64,000 nt of DNA from Perkinsus olseni (taxonomy: Eukaryota), in the NCBI GenBank assembly GCA_013115125.1, contig JABANN010000059.1, forward strand, positions 1 to 64,000, read 5' to 3'. Within the stretch, counting starts at the first letter, position 1. Every line of letters begins with the position of its first letter. Made by a program: the position numbers and the translations under genes. Below, one piece after another: positions 1 to 18,704 of this stretch. The notes beneath the pieces were generated by a model. It had not been told where the DNA came from. It worked only from the letters and a program-made list of their open reading frames with translations, and did not search any database.

Positions 1-13
1 CAACTTAGTATTT

Positions 14-262
14 CTATGTCTGCGTCTGTGGAGTTGGCTGCACAGCAGAGTGAAGGGAAGAAGGGCCAAGACAAACGGGAGTGTCCGATGGGTAGGAGGC
101 TACGTGAGCGCCAGCCTTCTCCAGTTCGGCGGCAATTGCCGCTTTGTCAGAGATGCTGCGAGTAACAGCGATCACTTTGTGTCCTAGCTTGAGCAGGGCG
201 AGGCTGATGGACTTCCCGAACAACCCGGTTGCACCGATAACAGCCACGGTCTTGGAGGACAT
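14..262 (-). CDS. NmrA/isoflavone reductase-like NAD(P)-binding protein, first exon (gene continues off the window)
   Basis: MSSKTVAVIGATGLFGKSISLALLKLGHKVIAVTRS is a Rossmann GxxGxxG N-terminus typical of NmrA-like atypical SDRs. The tail of the ORF is probably intron. Confidence 0.7.
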   Translation of the reverse strand: MSSKTVAVIGATGLFGKSISLALLKLGHKVIAVTRSISDKAAIAAELEKAGAHVASYPSDTPVCLGPSSLHSAVQPTPQTQT

Positions 263-1329
263 GGAGGGAGAATGGAAATCAGCTTACGGATGGTGCGGTA
301 TTAGCCTTTCAAATCGAGAAGCTTCCAAAGCCCCGCTGCAGCACACTGACTAGAGCATACGATTAGGGTTATCCAAGGTATCAGTTATCCGAACCCCAAG
401 TTCTGACGGTCGGAACTCAGGCTCAACGGAAGTGGGCTGCACACCAGTGAGAGCCGGCATTGGGAAAGCTACGCGGGTCTGCGTGCACAGTAGCACGCAC
501 GCCCACATGGCAACAATGGCCTTTTACTTTGGTGTTCTTTTTTAGGGGTCTACTCGATCGCTGAGTGAACCGCAAGGGGGAGGCTTGACGGTTCAGGCTT
601 AAATTAAGCCGCTTAATTGCTCATGATGCGGCATGGTCAAGCCACTGAGTATCTGTCACGCGCCACGAAATATGTCATAAATAAAGGGGCAAAAAGACAC
701 CCGCAGGGATCGAACCTCGGACACTGGGATGACAGCGGAGATGAGTAACATGCGCCGTCCAAGTCGCTATGATGGCCGCTTAAAGTGTTACCGTAAGCCA
801 TTGAATGGACAAAATTGGCAACGAGCGATGCATTCGTAACTGACAGGAAAGAGACAGGTAGAGACGAGTACAGACTTAGGTCTTCAAAATCGTTATGCGA
901 AAACCAATGTTTGGTTCTGTTATCGAGAGTAACAACGCGCACCGAGTGTTCAATAGATCTCTCCTGAGTTTCAAGAGCCCTTCCAAGATCGTCTTTCACA
1001 CGCTAAACTCTATCTTGGGAGGGGAGGTCTATTGGAAATTCCTATAGTACTCAAGTATTTACTCATTTCTATTAATTGCATTCGCTTACCAAGACGAGAG
1101 GCCCGAGTGTGTGGCCAACGACTGACGGCAGAGCGGTTCAAGTTTCCCTTCTCAATTCTTAATGGGGCTGTTCAAGGAAAAACTTTTCTGAGACCGCGCA
1201 GTTAAAAGGCAAGTCCAAAATCGCTTCAGAGTTTCAGAATTGGTCTATTGTGGCGTCTCGACCCGGAAGGCGCGTCGACCATTGCCATCATGCCGTGTCC
1301 AGTAGTAGTTGTTGTCTTCCACTGCCATC

Positions 1330-2458
1330 ATGGCGGGCATTGGCCTCATGTACATGAACCCCGAGGTCTCTCGGCATGTATTCAACACTAGCAAGTCGGT
1401 GACCAGAGGTAACTTCATACCGCCGGGACGGGATTCACCTACGCCAGTTCGCCTTTGGTCGTGTTTGAGCTCCTTTGGGTGCTACACAGAGGTCGAGTTT
1501 GACCCCTGCTGTTAGTCTGTTTGCCTAGTAAAGGCTGTCGAGAGACGCTTTACTCGCGTTGGTGTCACAGGCGAGGAGTCAGGAGTACCGCCTAAGAGCG
1601 GAGGGGTCGATAATCCCTGTTGTCTATTGGGAATGATAGATGCCGTTGGACAAGCTGTTACCGGTCTAGAGAGTCTTCCCGTTGGGTAGTTTTGAATTTT
1701 GCCTCATTTTTGCAGGTAAGGCACCCGACCAGGCATTGCGGATAGATCTAACGCTGCGTAACGAGGCCACAGGCTTCTCGGCGACGTACAAGGTCAGTGA
1801 CGCGAAGGAGCTTCGGGCGGTGTTTCGGATATTTTGCAAGGCGCAAGCTCCTGATAGTAATAATGGGGACCCGCCAGAGGTGGTTTGGGGAGGACCGATT
1901 CTCATTCATTCTTGAAGAATGCTGAGCACGTCTGCGGCGTCTCATATTTGCATGTGGCATACTGCAAGGGACATATGGAAAATACAGTTCGCGATTCGTT
2001 CGCTACAGAATGTATTAGGGAATCGAAATTTCCAACTTAGCGGCGGGATTGGATTTTAGGGTGAGTCTAACAAACTGCTGCCTCTCTTGAGCGCTCGTAG
2101 GATCGGATTCAATTTCTAGGAGACGGTCCCGGGAGCGTTCTTGGGATTCAGGAAGGGTCTGTGTCGAACGCGCGGTCGGTGCTTGTGATGTGCTGTTGGG
2201 TGACAGGTCGGGGATCTAGGCTCGTCTTAGTCAGTCGATTAGTGTCGATAGCGCATCTTCTCTGTTCACAATTCTTGAGCTGGAGAACTGCTTCCTTGGG
2301 GGGGGGGTGTTGGGATAGCGCAGCCGTTTCTGTCAGATCCGGCCTTTGGTCGATATGCGTTTTATTACGGAGATAGGATAGTGACGGAGGACAATTGTCC
2401 CTATGACCTGAGAATGAACGATGGCGATGTGATTGATGCAGTTCCTAGAATGTACTAA
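1330..2458 (+). CDS. SUMO-like (Rad60-SLD type) domain protein, about 5 exons
   Basis: Phase-consistent exons at about 1330-1408, 1571-1663, 1716-1880, 2101-2156 and 2376-2458 give ...RIDLTLRNEATGFSATYKVSDAKELRAVFRIFCKAQ...DRIQFLGDG...IVTEDNCPYDLRMNDGDVIDAVPRMY, which resembles SUMO 'TPxxLxMEDxDxIDA'. Confidence 0.6.
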
Positions 2459-4563
2459 CGGTCGAGCGGTCGGGCTGTCTAGCGAGAGGTCGTGGGTTCG
2501 AATCTACCGTCGTTCAGGTTCGCCGAGATGGTCTGACCGCACTGCACCGTTGCAACGAATTCTAGTTTCCTATACGATTGCATTCATCAGCCAGTTTCTC
2601 GTTGTACAGTAGCGTATCTTTTAATCTGTTTCGAGTTAGAGTCGACCTTGAGAATTGATCTGAGTTGGTTCCTCAGATGTATTGATGGCTTTTGTTTTAT
2701 GTCGTGCTCATGTTTCTCCCAAAGTGTTCATCCGGCCGCTGTGGCTAAGGCAAGTGGCCCGGTACTCGACTAAGAAAGGAGCGTCGGATAGTGAGTGAAA
2801 AGATCGGCTGTTGTCTTGGACGGCGAAGACATTTTCGATATCGGAATTTCCGCAAAGTTTAGACGGGAGCCTTTCGTTCGTGTGAAGACAGCCGAGCCAT
2901 GCCGTATTTTACAGCGTTGATGCATCTTCATCGCTGCTGCCAATCGGGATCGGGTCGCCCGAGGTTTTTAACTTGGTTGAAGAAATCGAGAAAGCCAATA
3001 TAGTGGTTCCTTCGAATTTGGCGGACTTGGTTCTCTTTCGTATTGCAGGTGGCGATTGGCGGTACAATCCCGACGTTAACGCCACAGTGCCTTACGACTA
3101 TAAATCTGCATGGGAGTTGAAGCAGGATGTTTGGAAGCGAGAACAGAGATCGAAAATCATCGATGAGAAATTGGGCAGCTCTTCGAGGGTGATGGAGGTG
3201 GTAACGGGGAGGCGATGGCGGTGGCGACGAGATAGAATTGCCTGATCATCGCCATAATGGGGAATCGCTTTAGTCCTTAATGGTTTGGAACTGAACTGCT
3301 TTGCGCCTTGTACCGTGGTGAATGGAAGAAGCATTTTACGTATTTTTCGTGGCCTCTTGGATTTCTCGTGGCCGAGAAATAACTGATGAAAATGGATAAT
3401 GTCGCTGCTTCGCCTTTTGTATCGTGAAGGGAGTCGCTCAATGTGTTTCAAGCCTTTTGAACTCCTCATGGTGCGGATTTCTAGTCGCCGATGATGACTG
3501 GTGAAAACGGATGGTGTATTATTGTGAGCAAGACGATAAGTCGTAGTCAGTGTAATGTTGTTGAGAGTTGCCGAATAAAGCTTCGATGTCGCCCATGCTT
3601 CGGTTGCCTCTTCATTTTCATGTGAGAGAAGGCTCATCCGTTTCCGGGGGTAATATCGATTTGTAAAGTGCTAATTTTGGCGGAATATCATGCGTGCCTG
3701 ACTTCCTGAACTTCCATCGCTTCTGACTTTGCGGTCATGCGGATTTTTTTCTGAGATGGTTGATTACTTTATAAAATACGGGTCAGAAATTCTAACTTTG
3801 GCAAAAAAAGTTTCGAACGGTTCCGTGGGAGTAGCGGTTGAAGTTAGTTGGCTCGGTTTGTTATTCACCGTGGTCGTCAGGCGAGCGACGAGACATCAAA
3901 TGAAGAATCTAAGTCGGTGGTGGCGAAAAACGAGCGGGAAGCGGACCTGAGTGATGAGAGGACTCTGGAAGGCATTATGGATAGGATTAAAGGTGATACC
4001 AGGGAGGTAAAAACGGTGCGACGTGGTTTGCACTGGAAGGTCGTTGAGGCGCGTTAAGGGGGAAATTTTATTCACGCAGACTTCTTGAAATACGTCGACC
4101 GGAGATTTTTCGCGTGGTCTCGTTGCCCGCGAGGCCTGGAATCGCGCGCATTAAAAGTTAGTTACCAATTTAGCATGATCTGTTCAACTTCGGAGGTCGT
4201 GGGTGATCCCCACAGGTCGAGAGAGCGATTGGCGGCACCCCTTGGCTGAGCTGGAGCATTCGGAAATACCCGAAAATGGTGGATTGAGTGAGCGGAGCGA
4301 AGCACTGCCACCTACGTTGTATACTGAGTCTACTACTGGTAGTAACGGTTGGGATGGTACGATCATGAAATAAGAACGGATTGGAGGGTCCGGGCGGTCA
4401 GTAGGAGCATTCCGTTGTTAAACCGATGGGTATTCTGGATGGGTATGGTATGGATGGGTTGGATGGGTATTCTATCCGAGCCATCAATTCTATGGCCGAT
4501 GGCCGATAGGCCGACTGCGCAGCTCGGAGTTCTCTTCTAACTTTCTCCAACTTCTTCGCTCAG

Positions 4564-6168
4564 GTCAGGTTATTTATCCGGCTACGGAAGAGGACATAGA
4601 GATCCTATCCGAGGCGGATCATCGATATATAGACCCGCACGAATGCGAGGGTAATAAACGGCGGGAAGGGGGAGGGGCGGGGTCGGGATGACTGTCTTCG
4701 GCGTGCGAGGAACCTATTTGGGAGGGTCAGCGATAGATTGGGCGCGTTCCCGAAATTCTCGGACTTGCGAGGGTTGTGGGTTTTCTTTTTCTTGGACTCT
4801 AGGGTTGACTCGCAAATTCATGACGGCTGGCCAACTGATTTCCGAAAAATCGCTTGTTTCAAGACTCCGGAATTTCTCGCGCGCCACGAAATTCAGACTT
4901 AGCGAGGTTCGAGGGTCTTCTCATTCTAGGTTCGGTGGTGATCCGCGTCGTACGTCTTTCCGACCCGGTGACGTCGCCAGTGAAAAGAGTGGTCCGAAAT
5001 CGCCAGTACGGAATTAGAGGACACGAGAAATATTTTATCGTTGGTTTTGCGACGATGTGCACTTGCCTGATATTCAGTTTTGGGATTTGGCAGTTGCGGC
5101 GGATGAAATTTAAAAAAGAAATTATTGAGAAGCGGCACGAACGGTTGAATATGCCGAGAATTGAAGTGAAAGGGTCGCCGTTTCCGTGGAATGAAAGTAA
5201 TTTGGCGGACTACGAGTACCGGGTGGTGCAAGTTTCGGGAGTTTACGACCACTCTAAGGAGATATGGGTTGGACCGCGGCCGGCGCAGACTCCGTACGAG
5301 ATGAAAAAACCGGGGTATTTGGTAGTAACTCCGCTCCGCTTGGCGGACGGCAGCACGATTTTGGTGAATCGGGGAATGCTGGCCTTTGAGTGGTTGGCTT
5401 CCACGGAGAAAAAGGAGACGAATGAATGGGTTACTGTGAGAGGAGTGCTGATTCCTGGGGAGCTGATGTCGTTTAAGAAGTCGATGATGAGGCTGCGGAA
5501 TAATCCTGCGGCGCGGCATTTCCGGTATTTGGTACCGGATGAGCTGGTGGAGTGTGTGGATGCGAGGAATCATACGGAAGCCGGATTGGCATTGATTAAC
5601 GCCTATGATGTTAGGTGATAGGGCGGAACGAAGCGATTTTTGTTTTTTGAGATTTTGTTGTGATAAAGATGAATGAATGGTCGGGACTAGTTGTTTGGGT
5701 CATGGCATTTCTACTAGAAATTTGAAATTTTTTAGGGAATGGAGAGTTTTCATCGGAAGGACTAATCATTCGTTGGGTTATTTCGGCGGAGCGAAGCGTC
5801 TTTGATTTGTGCCATTTTCGAGGCTGGCGTTTTGAAAGACGATAGAGAATTTTGTACGGAATTTCTCCGTCCGAAAGAATTTCAGTGAGGTTGTTTGGCA
5901 AGGCATTTGGATCCTAGAGTAGTGGAAATGTTGGCGCAGGCGGAGCGATGCGAAATTTTTCCTATGAAATAGGTACGAGGATGACCCATTGAATGCAAGG
6001 CGGGCCTTCCGGCCGCCGTTTGACGTTAAGAAACGGCATGATTATATGGTCTTCTTTTGTGATGAACATGTCCATTTTAATTACGCCATGCAGTGGTTCA
6101 TTATGGGGACGATTATCTTTGTGGCCTCCCTGTATAAGTTTGTGGAGGTTAGCAGGTGGAGATGGTGA
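4564..6168 (+). CDS. SURF1: SURF1/Shy1 cytochrome c oxidase assembly protein (multi-exon; probable further 5' exons near 3049-3200, 3881-4006 and ~4190-4338)
   Basis: Motifs FGIWQLRRMKFK, EYRVVQVSGVYDH, GYLVVTPL and ILVNRG. After intron 5615-5972 the last exon has HFNYAMQWF and a TM helix, with the stop at 6168. Confidence 0.9.
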
Positions 6169-7236
6169 CGTTTCTGTGGATGGGGGTGTTTGGTGGGATA
6201 ATCGATCGGGCGATCGATTTGGTGGTGCGGGTAGAGAAGTCAGATTTGAATCGTGTTTGGATACCCGGACTACCGAGCTACGATGATACTACTGAGGAGC
6301 GACTAGGTTTTTTCTCAGTTTTCCGGAAAAAAATTGGAAATTTATGGATCATATTCTGCCAGTTGTCTCCTTGCATTTACATGGTGTCCAAACCGGAAAC
6401 GCCCAATGAACGGCGGCCCGGTCTACACTCGGCAATCATCGCTGCAAATCATGCGGCGAGAAATAATATTCGATGGAAACCGACTTGCTTCGCTCCGCTA
6501 AAAGCATGGATGGCAGGCTGCATACCGAAGCTGCAGCGGGGTGGTGAGGATTCGAAGGCTCTGATGGACGTCGAGGATGAGGAGAGTAGTGATTCGGATA
6601 TGTGCGATGATTTGGCCGAAGGGGTGGAAAGGGAGGAATCTGATGTAATTTCGGGGCGCGCGAGAATTTTATGATCCCCTTTGGAAGGAAATGTTCGGGG
6701 GTGTGGAATAGCCTCTCTCGACTCAGTATCAAGACTGCTCCCAGGGCTGAACTTGTAAATTCGAATTTCTCGACTGAGTTCAAGGGCCGTTCCTAGGACT
6801 GAGTTTGTCGTGTGGAAGCAATTCTTGGAGCGATTTGGGAGGGAGTCTTCCCGACGTCTGGTTTAGATCATGCAGCTAGCTCGGATTCGATTCTTGGTTC
6901 TCTTGGCGCGACTGGGTGGCTGAAAAAATTCGTGGAATTTCGTGGCGAGCGGTAGTTTATCTTAGATGACCAACATATACTCTCACATGCGTTACCTTGA
7001 CGATCTCGACCTAGGCCGAGGGAAAGATTTCCTTACTGATGAGTTGTAATATTTGGGCCGGGGGAAATCAGAGCTTCGCTCCGCTAGTAATGGAGCTTGG
7101 CAAGCTCCACGAAGGCATGAACAAGACATTGACAAGCTCAGCTTGCCCTTTCGCTGTCGTGTCGGAATCGTCTCGCGAACTCACGGGAATCTTTTTCTCG
7201 TCCTGGCAAGTGGTGGGTTAACCTCGGATTTCCCAG

Positions 7237-10200
7237 GTACAAGATGAAAATTGAGTGCATTGACTTCTATTTACCACAGTTTGTCTATGCGTCGCTGGAG
7301 AAGGAGGTAAGATCGCATCCCGTGAGGCTGGGTAGTATCTTCAGTTTGTCCTGGGCTTTTCGGGATCTTTCTGTACTCAAGCTCGTATCTTTGAGCGGCT
7401 GTTATCCTGGTGATTTTCAGATCTCTCCAGAGCTTCAGGAGTTCCTATTGAAGGAATCTTCGCAGTGGATGGGATTGGCAATTAAAATGCATTGGTTGTA
7501 CGGTGGGTGGAACATGCTGCTATCGAGGGGGTCCCAGGTTCGAATCCCGGTGGGGTTATTTTTAATATATTTTTTGCCGAGTCCGGTATTGGTGGGCCAC
7601 CAATGGTGGCTCCCAGAAATTCGCGTTAATCGCCCGACTCGAGTTCTCCAGCGCCTGTTCGGAATTTTTTACGCATTTACAGGTATCAAGCGATTGTGGG
7701 TGATGGTGTCGCAGTGACTGGTAAAGAAATGCATGCTGAAGCTGGGAGGATGATGAAGGCATGCGAGAAAGCAGTGCTGGCTGGCGACAAGCCATTGAAA
7801 GATTGTAATGGGGCTGGGTTGAGGTCGCGGGTTCGATCCTGGCAAGGTCGCTTTTTGTAGGGTTTTTTGACAAATGGAGTGAATTTATTTCTTGTTGTTG
7901 TCAGCTCCTGACCGTTTTCCAGAACGAGCGATCGGTGAAATTGAGGCGCGCTGTCGCGCTCGGACACGGTCAACGACGAGCTTGAATAATAGTAATTGGA
8001 GGTTTAAGAATGATGCGCGGAGAGGGAGATCGGAGGGAGCGCTTGCTGGTAAGAAAAGCACAACACTGCAAGGGAAGTTTACTCGGGAGAAAAATCCCGG
8101 GAAAATTGGACAGTACTTTCGTGACAATTTTGGGCGGCCAACCTGGACGCCGTACGGACGAGCAGCAAATTTACTCTCGTCTGTGGTCCTCCAGCGCTGT
8201 CCTCCCAAAATTTTCTTACGTAGATAGGCTGCTTTTGTGACGGGCCTGTGTGCTGGTGTTGATATACATGGCAGATTGTCAGCGGATCTCAATATGATGT
8301 GCTATAATGGCAATTAGCTGCTACCTGACGACATGTAGCAAGCAACGGATGGAAGATTTTGATAGCAATGATGTATGGGTTTTATGCGGCCGGTGTCATT
8401 TGTGGGTTAACAACGATTTGCACGGTCTCATCTGATGGGACCCATCATCAGTGGAACAGCGAGGCTCGCTGAGCGAGCACAGCGCCGCTGGGCCAGCGCA
8501 AGAAGCTTCATTCATATGTGGAGCGTATCACAATGAGTGGGATGAAGATCCCCCCGAGCAGAATGAGCCGCGCTCGTGATTGGTTTCTATACAATAGAGA
8601 AACTATCAGGGTAACTATTTATCAGTGTTGCTATGAGCACTTCCCTGCTTGCTTCAAGGATGGTGTCTCCCGCAGCGACCTACTGCGCTTATGGCCGTAT
8701 GATGTCATCATGCCTGTCTTCACTAAACGTCATGGCGGGCAGAGAGGTCGTGAGACCGTTGGATTCTACGTGAAAGCGTTCAACAGTGATGTCGTGAATT
8801 ACAGGTTGAAGCGGCAACTTCTCATGTTCCAGTTTCAAAGATACGTGTTTAACACTGTCACTGGCGCTGTGAGGTCAGCTAAGTTCTAACAGATGAGAAA
8901 TGCTCTTGCCGAGAAGCCCATGAGGCGATATTATTGGTGAAGGAGACCATACGGCATCAGAGACGTCCAAGCAGGTCCTGTGTGGCATATCGTTTACCAA
9001 CAATTCACTCATGAGTAGTTCAAAGTGCCCGTTGAGCTCCCCACAGTGAGTTATGATGAAACCTTTCAATGACATTCACTCGTGACGAGTGACTCGTCAC
9101 TGAAATTTTGGTGAACCCGAGTGGCACCCAGATGGAGACTACAGAAGAGTATTTCAAACTCATCCGCGTTTTCAAGTAGCATCAGATAGACGCCTACCAT
9201 ACTCGGCAAGAAAGAAAACTTCGGATGTACATGGGAAGGCCGAACTTTCGGCTCGACATATATGATACGAAATTGAAGATCGCAACAATTGACGCAACAT
9301 ACTGTATGCGGTAAGGTGAGTATACGGTATGCTGTTGCATACCCCTACATAAAAACCAACCCGCCGGAGTTTTCCCCACAGATTTGACACCCGTGACTGT
9401 ATAGTACTCCCATTGATTGGCCTGTATTGTTTGCGGGTTTGCCACGGTTTGTGTGTTTGGTGGGATGAGGGTGTTGTGGTTGGTGGACCGTCCACCGTGG
9501 ACGTGCCTTTTATGGCTCGTGAAATCTACCATGTATATACTTCCATTCGCTGTGATGGAAACCGATGAAAGCAATTGATCATTCCGGCCGAGTGGCATTG
9601 CCAATGCCGCATTGGAGTCTGTAGAATCGGCAGGAATGCGGAATGATTCGGTTCATTTGCTCAGTTCCTCATTCAGCGCCGGTGACCTCGCCTCCGAACG
9701 CCCAGAGAGAAGCGCGGAGGCCAGTGTCGACAGGGAGTACCTCCGCTGAGTCGAGTGATGTGAGTGGACTGCGGCCATTGGAAAGGTTGCGGGTTCTATC
9801 CCGGGGGGCGCGAAATCGCGTTATTAATCGACTGGGGCATGTGAGTGCTGTATTTAGTGATCTTGGGGACCCTCTGGTGGGCGCAGAGAGTTTGGTGATT
9901 GAGGCAGAGGGCGCGGATGAACGGAATGGTTTAAGGAAGAATGATGCGATCGAATCGGGCATGCTCGATGGGGAGTCTCGCCGAGCGATGGAGAGGCTGT
10001 TGCGGTGGGATTATGCGAAAATTCAGAATGCGTTTGTGAAGTATTTGACGGGCTTGGCGGTTTCATTGGCGAAAATTGAGGAGAGAAATTTCGAGTTGAA
10101 GTCTGCTATTGCGCTGCTGAACGAATGGCTGTTCGAGAGGCGGGCGAGTGTGGCGATGACGATGGGATCGTATCGATTGATGGGCGTATCTTTGCCGAAG

Positions 10201-11550
10201 GGGATGCCGGGATGCACTTATAGACGGGATAATGTGCGAGGGCACATTGTGAAGATTCATGATTGTAAGGTGTTCAAGACGCACACGAGGGCCCCTTTTA
10301 TGGTGACGGTGGAGATTGTCGATTTGGAAGAGTTGGAGGAGTTTGGGAGGGGTCAAGAGCCGAGAAGCTGTCGAGAGAGATGTGATGTTGCAAGTGGGTA
10401 TATAATGAAGGAGTTGAGAATTGAACCTGCGCCTGCTGGTGGGAAAAAGGAACGGTCGGATGCTCTGCGAGATGAGTTACTACGAACAGTGGAAAATATG
10501 TCGTCAGAACGGTGGTGTGATATGTTCTATAGGGAGGTCTTCGAAGAGAAGCAGAAGTTGGGAGCCCCTGCGACTCCCGGTCGTGGGAGGGTCTCTCTGG
10601 GGAGCAGCGTGAAGCTCCTCGGAAATTCGCAAGAGTGCCCGAGAGACCGCCCCAGTCCGGCGAAAATCCGCAAGTCCATCTGGGGCGAACCCTTCGAGAT
10701 AAAGAAGAGAAGGTTGAGAAGGGAGAGCGTGTATGGGAATTTGAGATCTTGGAATTGCGTGCAAGTGATGGTGAAGGGAGGAGACGATGTTCGGCAGGAG
10801 GTATTGGCTGGGCAGCTCGTTCGGATACTTCAGAGCATCTTTGCAGAGGCGCAGATGCCGCTGTGGTTGAGACCGTATGAAACGGTCGCGGTTGATTCGG
10901 ATTGCGGACTGATGGAGATGCTGGTGGACACGACGTCGATTGACGGGTTGAAGAAAGAGTATCCTGAGAAGAATCTTTTGGATATCTTCAAGCTTGCCTT
11001 TGGCGATTCGAAAGATTCCTTGGCCCGCGCGCGGAAGAATTTCATACAGAGTCTGGCGGCGTATTCGCTGTTTTCATATTTCTTGGCTGTGCGAGATCGA
11101 CACAACGGCAACGTTCTGCTGGATCGCCAGGGGCACTTGATAGATATCGATTTCGGTTTTATGCTTTCAAGCGCGCCCGGAAATATCCCCTTCGAGAACG
11201 CCCCCTTCAAGTTAACTCAGGAATACATAGAAGTAATAGGGGGAGAGGACAGCGATAATTTTGAGTATTTTCGAACCCTAGTCATCCGCGGGTTTTTGGA
11301 AGCACGAAAACACAAGGACCGGCTGTTGCTGCCGGTAAAGATGCTGGCTGAGTCGGGGTGTACGATGGAGTGCCTGGTGAGGGGAGGCGGGCCTGAGCAG
11401 ACTGTGAAGGAGATGGACGAGAGGTTCTATGGGAATCTTTCGGAGGAAGCGTGCATTCAGAAAATCGTGGGGCTGATTGATACGAGCGTGGACAACTGGC
11501 GGACGATTCAGTATGATGAGTTCCAGCGGATTACCAATGGGATAATGTAA
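7237..11550 (+). CDS. PI4KB: Phosphatidylinositol 4-kinase III beta (multi-exon; possible start near 6381)
   Basis: Helical-domain exons IDFYLPQF and LQEFLLKESSQWMGLAIKMHW. The large last exon (~9665-11550) has VKGGDDVRQE, VRDRHNGN, IDFGF, FENAPFKLT and YDEFQRITNGIM. Confidence 0.92.
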
Positions 11551-12347
11551 ATGTTTGTGCGTGCTGTAAATTTCATACCGCTCCTTTCTCAAATCGTAAC
11601 TAGTTTTAGTCAGTCTAGTGATGGTTGCTTTGTATAGGATTCCTTGTTAATATTTTGACCCGCTTGTTGCTATTTAGCTCGCTTGTTTCTCGTGCAACTT
11701 TCTCGCGGTTGTCGTGTTATAGTGAAATATCGACCTCTCGATACCAACTTTTTCGTTCTTCTTCTCAGTGGGTTTTGCCGGTGAGGGGCAACTCTTCCTG
11801 ATCCTCATCCGCCCGGGATTGTCTATTTTGTTGTCTTATGCGATGCCTTCCACAGCAAGGATGACCCGCTATTGGTTCGGCCGCATTTTTCTCTCAAGGC
11901 CGACCTTGGATGGGATTCGAATACTCGTAGGTGCCATCCATCGTGCCTCTCTTGCCGGGTGTGATTGTTCCGCGTTTTATCGTGATTTTCTCTTGAGAGA
12001 GAAAAAGTGTCGCTCTTCTTCCCGATACAAACATTTTGTTGTTAACGCAACCCAATGCTTTGTCTCCCGCTTGGGCCAGCTCTTCGGAGATAGCTCGTTA
12101 TGTGCGCTTGTGAAGGCAGGCGTATTAATTCGCAGGGCTATAATCTCGTATTGTTGCCCTTCTGCCTTTCGTCTTAAACGGACGGGTTCGAGAGGAGAGC
12201 GTTGAATGCCGTCAGTGAGTTCTTCAGTGTTCTACTGTCAATCGTTTTATGCAAACAACGTCCCCTCAACCTATTAACAGGCGGACGACATCATCAGCAC
12301 CATCAGCACTCCCAGAGAACAGGCAAACGTCAACGTCTTCTTACTGC

Positions 12348-18407
<6,060 letters not shown>

Positions 18408-18704
18408 AGTCGATAATCGATTACCTCGTAGCTCTGACCTATTTTCAATCTTTTTACGAAACATAGAGATACTTGTACTTGATATCATTGGTCTTGTACG
18501 ATAGCCATCCACTCTTTCGTTTGCGAATTTCGTGGCGCGCGACATCATAATACATGTCCGTTGCCCCTCCGGTTCTCTCAGGCCGTCAATTTCATCATAA
18601 CATTTAAGTGGGTTTCCCAGTACGATGGACGTTGGGTTTTGGGATGTCTCGGGTTCGATCCTCAGTGAGGGCACTTCTCAGAGTTCATTGTCGTTGTAGA
18701 TGAA

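Noticed and set aside
4420-4515. ggatgggt and ggccgat short repeats
   Set aside because: Irregular low-complexity intronic repeats with no repeat-spacer structure, so not a CRISPR array.
4926-5573. 215-aa minus-strand ORF and similar antisense ORFs over PI4KB
   Set aside because: These are shadows of real plus-strand exons with no recognisable motifs.
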